Shown here one piece after another: positions 35,775 through 45,400 of a DNA stretch of 64,000 bases (positions within the stretch are counted from its first letter, which is position 1; every line of letters starts with the position of its first letter). The notes under the pieces are model-generated. The model saw only the letters and a list, made by a program, of their open reading frames with translations. It made no database searches and was not told where the DNA came from. The DNA lies in assembly GCA_021295715.1 (NCBI GenBank), contig JAGWBV010000003.1, positions 19,400 to 83,399 of the forward strand, in the 5' to 3' direction. The DNA comes from Candidatus Poribacteria bacterium. GTDB lineage: Bacteria > Poribacteria > WGA-4E > WGA-3G. The translations under genes were made by a program, and so were the position numbers.

Positions 35775-38051
35775 TTACGGATTTTCCGTAGCATCGTTGG
35801 CTGAGTTAACTTCCAAGCGTCCATCTGTCGCTACAGATTGAGAAACTGCAATAACCGATTTTACCACAACAATAATAGGTATTGCAAGCAATACCCCCCA
35901 AAATCCGAGTACAGCTGCCCCAACGATCACAGCAAACATAATAAGCAGCGGGTCTACATCAACAGCGGTGCTCATGATTTTAGGTGAAATTAATGAGTTG
36001 TCAAGCGTCTGAATGCCAAGAATGGCAGCTAACAGAAATGCACTACGAATAAGGAAATCAATGATACCGAAATCCCCTGCCGCCAGCCCCATTAGCATCG
36101 CTACATAGGCGAAACCGCCACCGATAAAGGGTCCAAAGGTCGGTATCGCATTACAGATCCCGGCGATGACACCAATGACCAATGCGAACGGCACCCCGAT
36201 AATGCTGTATGCAATACAGGAAACGACCGACACAATTGCGATAACTGCAACTAATCCTTTTAGGAACTGCTGTAAATTTCTGTCAATTTCGCGCAGATAG
36301 GTCTTGGCAGTTTCGCGATGAAGCTCAGGGACCAGCATGATGAAACTCCGGAAATACTTGTCAAACGACTGGTTTGCATAGACAAACACAATGAAAGCAA
36401 GCGATACTGTGGCTAAAAATCCACCAAATCCGAAAGCGATCGAACCCGCTAACTGAACCCCTTCTTTGACAGCCTCACCACCAGTTTGAGCGATTGTGGG
36501 AATTCTTTCGGTCAAGTATGTTTTCACCTGCTGGACAATAGGCTCGTCCCGATAGGTGTAACTAATCCCTTCGTTTCGCGTCGCAAACGGCTGCCATCCG
36601 GCTGCAGGCAGCGCGCGATGCAGGATAGAAATTCCATTACCGATGTATACACCGGAAGGTGCAGACGCTATCAACGAGACTGCAGCAGTCCCTTCCGTTT
36701 TGCGCCATGTGCCGAGACGATGCCACTCATAGAGACCATCCGGCGTACCAGCGTAAAGTTCAATATCAACCTCCGGTGACGGATCTTCTAAACGCAAGCC
36801 TACAGAAGCTTGCCGGACATTCCACGTTCTACCACCACTTGCCAACGCATAAACCGGATGCGTTGCAGAAGGAAGTGGATTCCACTCAAGAGAAGAATCC
36901 TCCAGATACCAATGCACCATTGTCGCCTGAGGCGTTATAGAAGGAGATAGCGAACTGGAGCTGGCTCCTACAGACATTGCATCAATTATCGCTGTACTGG
37001 CAACATAAATTATCCTATCACCATTCGTATCCACAATTGAGACAATACTGATGATGGACCTGTCGCTATAAATGTTCGGAGCCACCTCACGCCAAGTTTG
37101 TCCTAAATCCTTACTGCTATAAAGTCCTTTCTGCGTGCCAACGTAAATCTGGGTATTATCCCAATTCGGAACGCTGATCGCTTGAACAGAGAGAGTATCG
37201 AAAGGGGTTCCTTGCACCTTGTGCCATATTCTTGGGTTCCGGATGCGTGTTACATTATCTTCAATCGCCTTAGTGGCATCAATAGGCAATGCCTTGTAAT
37301 ACCGATATAATCCACTCCGAGTACCAGCATAGATAACGTTTCCAACTGCTGCGAGTGCTTGTATCGGTTTACCAAGGAGCCCACTGTTCGTAATACCAAT
37401 ACGGTCAAGCTCCGGCTCTGCTCCCTGTCGGATTTCATAGACCCCGTGATTCGTCCCGAGGTAGAACGTCTCTGCTGGTGTCGCCTGTTCGTCTGCTTCG
37501 GCTACATTGCCTTCGTTAACACTAATAGCGACCGCTTCAAATGTTTCACCAACGATATAAGGCAGAACAATTTCATGATAAAACTTCAGCAATCCACTTC
37601 CCATTTGGGTTGCTTGCTTACTCACCTGTTTCCCGGTATAGAAAAGCAACGCACCGCAGACGAAAACAATCAGGACTGTCGCGATCCCACGTTGGTATTG
37701 TGCTTTGAATGGGAGAGCATTCCAGAGAAACCTAAAGATATAAGCGAAGCCAAATCCTAAAATGAAAGGGGTCAGCACGCCCAACAAACGTATAAAAATC
37801 CATACAGCTATCATCAATATCTCAAGAATGACGATGCTTTTCAGGTCGATCCAGCGGTAAACGCGGATAAGCAGAACCATCAGCAGTATTGGCACAACTG
37901 GATGCAGCAGGAGTATTCGGCTGCTGTTGGCACTGCCTTTGTAATAGGCAAAGGCTATCCATCCAGCGGCGAGCACGACGCTGATAATTGAGAGAATTGC
38001 TGTGACGCTGAGCACTGGCTGTTGTGGATTCGGCTCATTTTGCGTGTTCAT
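35775..38051 (-). CDS. AI-2E family transporter (PerM/UPF0118) carrying a beta-propeller/BNR-like insert of about 335 aa
   Basis: The C-terminal half is canonical AI-2E (LQQFLKGLVAVIAIVSVVSCIAYSIIGVPFALVIGVIAGICNAIPTFGPFIGG). The insert (about aa 170-505) has repeated G(T)..GLY motifs and an Asp-box SKDLGQTW (nt 37092-37115). Confidence 0.85.
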   Translation of the reverse strand: MNTQNEPNPQQPVLSVTAILSIISVVLAAGWIAFAYYKGSANSSRILLLHPVVPILLMVLLIRVYRWIDLKSIVILEILMIAVWIFIRLLGVLTPFILGFGFAYIFRFLWNALPFKAQYQRGIATVLIVFVCGALLFYTGKQVSKQATQMGSGLLKFYHEIVLPYIVGETFEAVAISVNEGNVAEADEQATPAETFYLGTNHGVYEIRQGAEPELDRIGITNSGLLGKPIQALAAVGNVIYAGTRSGLYRYYKALPIDATKAIEDNVTRIRNPRIWHKVQGTPFDTLSVQAISVPNWDNTQIYVGTQKGLYSSKDLGQTWREVAPNIYSDRSIISIVSIVDTNGDRIIYVASTAIIDAMSVGASSSSLSPSITPQATMVHWYLEDSSLEWNPLPSATHPVYALASGGRTWNVRQASVGLRLEDPSPEVDIELYAGTPDGLYEWHRLGTWRKTEGTAAVSLIASAPSGVYIGNGISILHRALPAAGWQPFATRNEGISYTYRDEPIVQQVKTYLTERIPTIAQTGGEAVKEGVQLAGSIAFGFGGFLATVSLAFIVFVYANQSFDKYFRSFIMLVPELHRETAKTYLREIDRNLQQFLKGLVAVIAIVSVVSCIAYSIIGVPFALVIGVIAGICNAIPTFGPFIGGGFAYVAMLMGLAAGDFGIIDFLIRSAFLLAAILGIQTLDNSLISPKIMSTAVDVDPLLIMFAVIVGAAVLGFWGVLLAIPIIVVVKSVIAVSQSVATDGRLEVNSANDATENP

Positions 38052-38073
38052 TGTGAATAACTTTCGGTTTTAT

Positions 38074-38190
38074 GGCAGTCAGCGGTCGAGTCGGATTTTT
38101 TCCAAAAATCCTTTCAGTAGTCAGTAGAAGAGGTATTCGTTTAACAAGGGCAACCCGCAGAAATACCCAAGCAAAAACCCCTCCTTACTG
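38074..38190. repeat. Family-2 palindromic element plus CCGCAGAAATACCCAAGCAAAAAC module
   Basis: Homologous to 33871-33950. The second part matches modules at 7270-7300 and 16160-16185. Confidence 0.75.
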
Positions 38191-38245
38191 ATTGCCGATT
38201 ACTCATACGCCGACGGCTTCTTTGCTGACGGTTTCCGACGGCTAC

Positions 38246-39841
38246 TTACGCGGTTGCCGGGGCATCCGTTGAATCTCTGGATTCATACGTCTCAATCACG
38301 CCTGCCCCGATGCTGTCGCCCCAGACGTTAACTGTGGTACGGAACCGGTCAAGTAGCCAATCAATGGAAAGAATCAACGTGATACCTTCAACGGGGAGAT
38401 CCACGGCTCTGAGGACAATAACCATTGTGACAAGACCTGCCTCCGGAATTCCTGCCGCACCGATTGCTGCCAAGGTCGCTGTCAGTACAACAACAACTTG
38501 TTGCGCTGGATCCATGTTTATCGCATAGACCTGTGCGATGAACATGACAGCCACTGCCTCATAGAGTGCGGTGCCATCCATATTAATGGTCGCTCCCAAG
38601 GGAAGAACAAAACTGGAGGTACGTCTGGAAACGCCGTTCTGATTTTCAACCCCTTCCATTGTTAGGGGCAGTGTAGCACTTGAACTTGCTGTCGAAAAGG
38701 CGTTGAGCAAGGCGGTTGCCATGCCTTTGAAGTAGTTAAGTGGATTTCTGCGTCCCAAGATCAAGAGGAGTATCGGTAAAGCGATGGCACCGTGTATACC
38801 GAGTCCTAACACGACTGTCGCGCTATATTTGCCCACCGCCACAAGTTCGGGCCAAAAACCTGCGAACCCTTTTGCCTCGCCAATTCTCCCCGCGATTAAA
38901 CCAAAAATGCCGACCGGTGCGACATACATGATCCAGTGAACAAGTTTCATCACTGCCTCATTTAGCCCTGAAATCACGGCGATGACAGGTTTTCCGATAT
39001 CCCCAAGCATAGATAAAGCGGCACCGATAAGGAGTGAGAAAAAGATTAAAGGCAGAATGTCAGTCCGCACCATCGCCTTGAAGACATTTGAGGGGATCAT
39101 TCCCTCTTTGCCGGTTTCTTCGTTGCCGAGAAATACCTCTTTGATAGTACTGCCCATGGTCCGTTCCATTTTGCCGGACACTCTTGTGGCAATTGGCAAA
39201 TTGACGTCGATGCCTTTACCGGTATTTTGGGGTTCTATTGTCACAAGCCGTCCGTCAACGAATAATAGACGTTCGCCACTGACCGTTGTCACGTAGCGAG
39301 CATCCGTGGCGATGGGGTGCCACGCTTTTACTGTGACTGTTGTTCCAGAAATAGATTCCACTTCGCCGCGCACGTCCTGATCGGTGAGGGTAACGATATA
39401 TTTATTGTTATATGTCCGATTGAATTCCCCGCTTAGCTCAACAGTGAGCATCTCAGGACCAGAGAGCGTGTAACTCAGATCAGCGCGATCTTCACCTTGT
39501 GATAGTCCCTTCCCCGGCAAGATGATGTTAACGAGAATCATCCCGATGATAACGGAAATAGCAGTTGTTGCCATATAGTAGAGGACGGTTCGTCCGCCGA
39601 TAGAACCTATATTGCGAATATCGCCTAAATTTGTTATCCCGACTATCATGGATAGGATGACAAGCGGCACCACTATCATCTTCAGTAGGTTTAGAAATAT
39701 CTCACCGAGTATTGTTGTATGGACTGCAAATCCTGGCGCGAACCCACCGATGATTGCCCCTGCAACAATGGCAATGACAATCCCGTAGAGCAGACCGAGG
39801 CTGGCCCTTGGTTTACTTCCATTACTTCCATTTTCATTCAT
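38246..39841 (-). CDS. Dicarboxylate/amino acid:cation symporter (DAACS/GltP family) with an enlarged extramembrane loop
   Basis: Motifs LKMIVVPLVILSMIVG, SSSATLP and ATINMDGTALYEAVAVMFIAQ. It is 531 aa, longer than my recollection of the family norm (about 420 aa). The extra segment is about aa 118-235. Confidence 0.9.
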   Translation of the reverse strand: MNENGSNGSKPRASLGLLYGIVIAIVAGAIIGGFAPGFAVHTTILGEIFLNLLKMIVVPLVILSMIVGITNLGDIRNIGSIGGRTVLYYMATTAISVIIGMILVNIILPGKGLSQGEDRADLSYTLSGPEMLTVELSGEFNRTYNNKYIVTLTDQDVRGEVESISGTTVTVKAWHPIATDARYVTTVSGERLLFVDGRLVTIEPQNTGKGIDVNLPIATRVSGKMERTMGSTIKEVFLGNEETGKEGMIPSNVFKAMVRTDILPLIFFSLLIGAALSMLGDIGKPVIAVISGLNEAVMKLVHWIMYVAPVGIFGLIAGRIGEAKGFAGFWPELVAVGKYSATVVLGLGIHGAIALPILLLILGRRNPLNYFKGMATALLNAFSTASSSATLPLTMEGVENQNGVSRRTSSFVLPLGATINMDGTALYEAVAVMFIAQVYAINMDPAQQVVVVLTATLAAIGAAGIPEAGLVTMVIVLRAVDLPVEGITLILSIDWLLDRFRTTVNVWGDSIGAGVIETYESRDSTDAPATA

Positions 39842-39882
39842 AGTTTGTTTTCCCTTTTTTAAGTGTTAATTTAAAACGGCTA

Positions 39883-39907
39883 CTGGCGAGATTAAAAACC
39901 TCGCCAG
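39883..39907 (-). terminator. Hairpin between aspS and the symporter gene (terminator or attenuator candidate)
   Basis: CTGGCGAG (39883-39890) / CTCGCCAG (39900-39907), 8-bp perfect stem with a 9-nt loop. On the minus strand it is followed by TAGCCGTTTTAAATT. Confidence 0.45.
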
Positions 39908-39924
39908 CGAAAACAGGACTGCGT

Positions 39925-41964
39925 TTAAAGTTCTGCATCAACTCGAATCGATAACTCTTCAAGCTGTGCGTCTGTTACAACAGAGGGAGCGTGTGTGAGC
40001 GGACAAAGTCCCTGTTGCGATTTCGGGAACGCAATTACCTCTCGGATGTTCTCCTCGTTTCGCATCAGCATGACCATCCGATCTAAGCCTGGTGCAATGC
40101 CAGCATGCGGCGGTGTACCGTACGACAACGCATCTATGAAATAACCGAACCGACTTTCAACCTCCTCCGGTGTAATATCCAGAACGTCAAAAACCTTCTG
40201 TTGGATATCCCACTGGTGGATTCTGACACTCCCGCTACAGATTTCATACCCGTTGCACACGAGATCGTAGTGTTGGCTCTGAACCTTGCCCGGATCTGTG
40301 TCTAACAACGGTAATGTCTCCTCTGTCCCTCCGGTGAAGAGATGATGGAAAGGTTCGTAACGATTCTCATCCTCGTTCCACTCAAACAGCGGGTAATCAA
40401 CGATCCACAGAAAATTGTACTGGGTTTCGTCAATGAGGTTCAGTTTTTTCCCGAGATGGAGGCGGAGATTCCCGAGGGCATCGGCGACGACTTTCGGCTT
40501 GTCAGCAACAAAGAACATGATGTCGCCCGGTTTCGCGCCCGTTCTTTCTTGTGCTGTTTCCAGTTGCTCCGTTGTGAAGAACTTAACGATCCCCGACGAG
40601 AACCCTTCTGTCGTGACCTTAACCCATGCCAATCCTTTTGCCCGGTACGTAGCGACGAATTGGGTCAGGTCATCGATGTCTTTGCGTGAAAAGTCCGCAC
40701 CTCCTCGGGCGGCAATGGCTTTGACCTGCCCACCTGCTGACAAGGTGCGCGTAAATACCTGAAACTCACAATCCGCCATAACATCTGAGAGATCGGTGAG
40801 TTCCATACCGAACCGCGTGTCCGGTTTGTCGTTCCCGAACCGCGCCATTGACTCGTGATACGGGAGCCGTAGGAAAGGCGTTTGGACCGGAATACCACCC
40901 GCATCCTCAAATATGCGTTTCATCAACCCCTCGGTCACCTCAAGCACATCGTCGACGTCGGCGAATGACATTTCAATATCCAGCTGCGTGAATTCCAACT
41001 GTCTGTCAGAACGGGTATCCTCATCACGGAAACATCGCGCTATCTGGAAATATCGATCAACGCCGCTCATCATCAAAATCTGTTTAAACTGCTGCGGTGA
41101 TTGTGGAAGCGCATAGAATCTGCCGGGGTAATGACGACTCGGAACGAGTACATCGCGTGCCCCTTCAGGTGTGCTGTTCATCAAAATAGGAGTCTCAATT
41201 TCAAGGAAACCCTGCTCGTTCATATAGTTACGTGCTGCGAGTGCTGCCTTATGCCGCATTGCTAAAGTTTTCTGCATCTCAGGACGACGCAGATCAATAA
41301 ATCGGTAGCGCATCCGAATGTCTTCCGCTACGTCAATATCGTCTTCAACTGGAAACGGTGGCGTTTTAGCAGTATTCAGAATATTCAGAGAGTCCACAGC
41401 GAGTTCAATCTCACCCGTATCGAGTTCTGGGTTGACTGTGCCTTGATAAATGCTGAGACCTTCCTCTCCCCCCATATCTTCAATGACAATATGATATGTC
41501 CGATTATTTTCGAGATCGGTGAGCAGCCATCGCGTGCCAGCGACGCGGGTCACCACTTCAATCTCCCCGGAGAGCGTGTACTTCGTATCGACCTCTGCAA
41601 ACAGGGATCGGAACGCTGGAGAGAGGGTGCCATCGTCGAGTTCGGTTTGGTACGCAGCATCCGCATGGAAGAGCAATTCGCCCGGATCACGTTCGCGAAC
41701 GGTGCCACTGACGTTCAACACATATTCGCTTCTAATACTATCTGCGAGGGCGTGTGCTTTTTCGTCAATCTGCGGATCAAAGACTACTTGTGTGATGCCT
41801 GTTCTATCACGTAAATCAACAAAGATGACACCACCATGATCTCGACGGCGGTTGACCCAACCGTTGAGTTGCGCAGTCGTACCAACCTCGGTTAAGCGCA
41901 GGTCCCCACAATAATGGGTTCGTTTTAGACAAGGCGATGTGGCTTCTTGGGTTTCTTGAGACAT
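39925..41964 (-). CDS. aspS: Aspartate--tRNA ligase with an 80-aa insertion in the anticodon-binding OB domain
   Basis: Motifs GWVNRRRDHGGVIFVDLRDRTG, FYALPQSPQQFKQ, FQIARCFRDED and GTPPHAGIAPGLDR. Start is taken at ATG 41964 (MSQETQ...), which abuts the repeat end. The listed start 42042 lies inside the repeat. Confidence 0.95.
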   Translation of the reverse strand: MSQETQEATSPCLKRTHYCGDLRLTEVGTTAQLNGWVNRRRDHGGVIFVDLRDRTGITQVVFDPQIDEKAHALADSIRSEYVLNVSGTVRERDPGELLFHADAAYQTELDDGTLSPAFRSLFAEVDTKYTLSGEIEVVTRVAGTRWLLTDLENNRTYHIVIEDMGGEEGLSIYQGTVNPELDTGEIELAVDSLNILNTAKTPPFPVEDDIDVAEDIRMRYRFIDLRRPEMQKTLAMRHKAALAARNYMNEQGFLEIETPILMNSTPEGARDVLVPSRHYPGRFYALPQSPQQFKQILMMSGVDRYFQIARCFRDEDTRSDRQLEFTQLDIEMSFADVDDVLEVTEGLMKRIFEDAGGIPVQTPFLRLPYHESMARFGNDKPDTRFGMELTDLSDVMADCEFQVFTRTLSAGGQVKAIAARGGADFSRKDIDDLTQFVATYRAKGLAWVKVTTEGFSSGIVKFFTTEQLETAQERTGAKPGDIMFFVADKPKVVADALGNLRLHLGKKLNLIDETQYNFLWIVDYPLFEWNEDENRYEPFHHLFTGGTEETLPLLDTDPGKVQSQHYDLVCNGYEICSGSVRIHQWDIQQKVFDVLDITPEEVESRFGYFIDALSYGTPPHAGIAPGLDRMVMLMRNEENIREVIAFPKSQQGLCPLTHAPSVVTDAQLEELSIRVDAEL

Positions 41965-42460
41965 TTTTCTATATTTCCTTGCGGTTCGGTCAAGTGGGTT
42001 AGCACTTTGACGCTTATTTTCGTAGACCGCCCTCCATTTCATTACGGGCTTGCTCGTCCTACGAAATTCAGGTTCTTAATTATTACTTGCGGTTCGGTTT
42101 TTTTAATTGTTCCTTGCGGTTCGGTCAGATGGGTTTTGAAGAATAACGCGCTTTTCCGTATATCCGCCCTCCTAGTGCTGTGTCACTCCTAAAATGATGG
42201 ATGTGGGCAGCCACAAGGGACTGCCCCTACAGGGAAAATCCCTTCAACACACAGCACTAGCGCCGGTCTCCTATAGAGGCTTGCGGAACAATGTTACAGG
42301 CTACGGCTTCTCATTCTATCCAAGACAGCAGCCTGCAACAACGGCACAGGCGGATATAAGAGGAAATCCTCAATAAACAAAACACCCCATTTCTCGCCTC
42401 GCGAACATTTAAAAATTCCTTGCGGTTCGGTCAAGACGGATATTTTGTATCATTAAACAC
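41965..42460. repeat. Repeat-dense intergenic region with four same-strand copies of (C/A)CTTGCGGTTCGGT plus other modules
   Basis: Core copies are at 41977-41990, 42085-42098, 42112-42125 and 42427-42440. A GGAGGGCGG module (reverse) is at 42026-42052 and 42155-42175. GCCTGCAACAA...CAGGCGGATATAAGAGG is at 42330-42365. A GGGCAG/CTGCCC hairpin is at 42205-42226. Confidence 0.8.
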
Positions 42461-42465
42461 CGAAT

Positions 42466-42489
42466 CGTTTCTGAAATTCACATCAGAAA
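42466..42489 (-). terminator. Hairpin just downstream of the 1041-aa gene (weak terminator candidate)
   Basis: GTTTCTGA (42466-42473) / TCAGAAAC (42482-42489) with an 8-nt loop. AT-rich stem and no clean U-tract. Confidence 0.3.
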
Positions 42490-42495
42490 CAAATA

Positions 42496-45400
42496 TTATT
42501 TTCTAAGCTGCTCAAGTTCACTCTGGATCTGCTCCCTGGCACTCAATAGATCGCTCGCATCTGTGGTAACACCAACAATTTCATCAAGTACTTTCAAGGC
42601 ATTGTCGTAGGACTCTATCTGTTTCTGTGGCTGATTCATGGCGGCGAAAACGTTTCCAAGGATATAATGGGAGCGCCACGAATTGGCATCTACGGCGATG
42701 CCCTTCTTTCCATATCTTTCAGCTTCCTTCAGATTTCCCAATTGCAAATGGAGACCCGCCATTGCCGCAAAAATAGGGGCAGGCAACTGCGAAGTTATTT
42801 CCTGTCGTTCAAGTCGCTCGTAAGTCCGAAGGGCATCCTTATATCGTTCTTGGCGTTCATATAGGGGACCTAAGAGCAGGTAGACCTCAAATCTTTTAGG
42901 ATCTCGTCTGAGTAATTCTTCGAGTTCCCTTGTTGCCTTTCCAAGTTCACCTTGCATCTCATACAACGTCGCTAGATGGAGATGTCCCTGGATGTCATCA
43001 GGATTCTGCGCCATCGTTTGCTGGACCTGCTTTTCAATTTGTCGGAGTTCTTCCTGCTCACCCTCACGGATCAACCCCGCAACTACACCAAAGTTATAGC
43101 GTATTGTTTCATCAACAGGATTGATTTCTACTGCATCATTCATGAGTGATGCTGCACTCTGGTACTGCCCACTGGCATAAGCAATCTGTCCACGGATTAA
43201 CCGCTGCGTAGCTCTGAAGTAGGTGTCGAGTCTCTCTCGGATAACCCGCTTCTCTGCGAGTGTTGCGCCGTAGTTTTCAAGATAAGGTAGCACCCGTTCG
43301 CGATATTCTGACATCCCTTTAACGTTTTGCATTGTCGTCCCGACCAAGTCTGCCCCATGGAAGAATTCCAATCGAGGACGGTTGTCTGTGTGAATCGGTC
43401 CAACGCCAGCGTATTTACGCACAGTTTCAGGTCCCATCATGAATGAATCCAGTAGCGACGGACCGTCGAGGTCATCGGCAGTAAGTCCTTCGCGGATACT
43501 CGCGATCTGTGCACGTGCCATGAAGTTTTTGTAGTCAATTCGGAGTGGTCCAGGTGTGCCAATGAGAATCACAAAATCAGGCGTGTATTTGTACCAGAGC
43601 GTCGTATGCGGGAATACCTCAATGAAGGTGCGCACAATCATTTTATAATGCGCTTCCGGCAAGCGATGCAACGGTACCCACTGGCACATGATCCCATCCT
43701 CACTGAGAATCCGACGACACAGTCGGTAAAAATCGGCGGTATAGATATTGGAACTTCCGGCACTCACAAGCGGATGGATAATACCCGTTGAGATCATGTC
43801 GTATCTCGTCTTCGTCATCAGGATATGGTTCCGCCCATCGTTGAGCTTATAACTAAACAGCGGATTTTCAAACACATTCCCGTTGACGTGCGTGAAATGC
43901 TTTTGTGCAGCGGAAATCACACCACTGGACAATTCTATCGCATCAACCCGGACCCCGTGCTGTGTTATTGAATGTGAGGTAAGCCCCATACCGAACCCAA
44001 CAACGAGTGCCTGTTTCGGACGAGGGTGTAACAGCAGTGGTAGGTGCGCAATGACGCGATGCGATGGAGAATCCCAACGCGAGGCGTCCGCCGCTTGATT
44101 TGTATCTACATAGAGGCGATAGACCCCTTCATCATCTTTCAATGTTGTTACAGTGGCGTCCACCTCTTCGTTGTAATCAATGAGCGTATCGCCGGGACGC
44201 TGCGTTTTGAAAATAGTACTCTTGAGAAAGAGCGGTTGATTCACCGTAAGTAAGAGGATTACAGCCAACCCGGCATTGAGAATCGGCATCCCAACGCCTA
44301 CGCCTTGTAGGAGCGATTTCCCCGTTTCAGTGAGTTGCCTACTCCTCAAAACAAGGAGACACCCGATACCCGTGTTCAAGACTACCGTCAAAACGATGCT
44401 CGGGCGGATGCCAAGGAGTGGAATGAGGATAAACCCTGCACAAAACGCGCCCAAAATGCTTCCAACCGTGTTAACTGCGTAGACGTTTCCAATACTCCTT
44501 CCCAATTGGCGTGCGCTGCCGGTATAAATCTTCGTTACGAGTGGAAAACTCGCGCCCATCAAAAACGTCGGCAAACACATTACCAGAAAACAGGAGAAGA
44601 ACGCCCAAAATCTACTCGAACCGAAGGTAGATTGGAACGCCTGGCTCATCCCGTACAATTCCTCAAACGCTGGCATCAAGATAAGCGCGAAAAGTCCGAT
44701 ACCGAGTTGAACGATGCCGAAAACTGCGACAGGTTGTTTAATCCGGTCGACCCAGCGCGAAAACACCATACTCCCCAGTGCAATGCCGAACAGGAACGCC
44801 GCAAGCATCGTCGCAAAGGCATACGTCGTGCTCCCGAGGAAGAAGACCATGATACGGGTCCACAACACTTCATACGCCAACGCACAGAACCCGGAGATAC
44901 CTATCGCCCATAACACCAATTGTCTCTCAGGTAGATCAGGTACATCTTCAGATTCCGCTTGTTGTGTTTCTTCAGCGGGTTCGTCCGCTTCTGTTCCTGA
45001 TACCTTCTGTGTCAACGCTAAAGCAATCGCTGCCACACCGAAATTAATAGCGATGCCGATACCGAGTGTCCATCGGATGCCCAGTGCCTCAATCAGGAAA
45101 AATCCCGCTGCCACAGTTCCGATAACGGCACCGAAAGTGTTCAACGCATACAGGATTCCGATGTTCGTCCCGAGTTGTTCCAGTCTCTTCACAAAGAATC
45201 GGGTTAGCACTGGTAGTGTGCCCCCCATCATCGTAGAGGGAATAAGGATGACCCCGAATGTCAGCACGAATCGAATCAGTGAGAGGGTATAGAATTCTGA
45301 TGTGACGTTGCGATGGATCAGCACATAGATCGCGCCAAGTGCCGTTAAAATGAGGGGCCACACAAGGCAGAAAGCACCAATGCCGGCTTCCAGAAGCGCG

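Noticed and set aside
41965-42042. N-terminal extension of AspRS (listed start 42042).
   Set aside because: The extension is encoded by the repeat element (MKWRAVYENKRQSANPLDRTARKYRK). ATG 41964 aligns with AspRS N-termini and sits in the conserved 20-nt-repeat register.
41965-42460. Possible CRISPR-like array, because CCTTGCGGTTCGGT recurs four times on one strand.
   Set aside because: The spacing is irregular (108, 27 and 315 nt). The repeats are ends of the dispersed MITE-like family found all over the window. No cas genes are present.
44335-45292. Two 192-aa plus-strand ORFs (44335..44913 and 44714..45292).
   Set aside because: Both lie antisense within the 1041-aa spermidine-synthase-like gene and are shadow ORFs.
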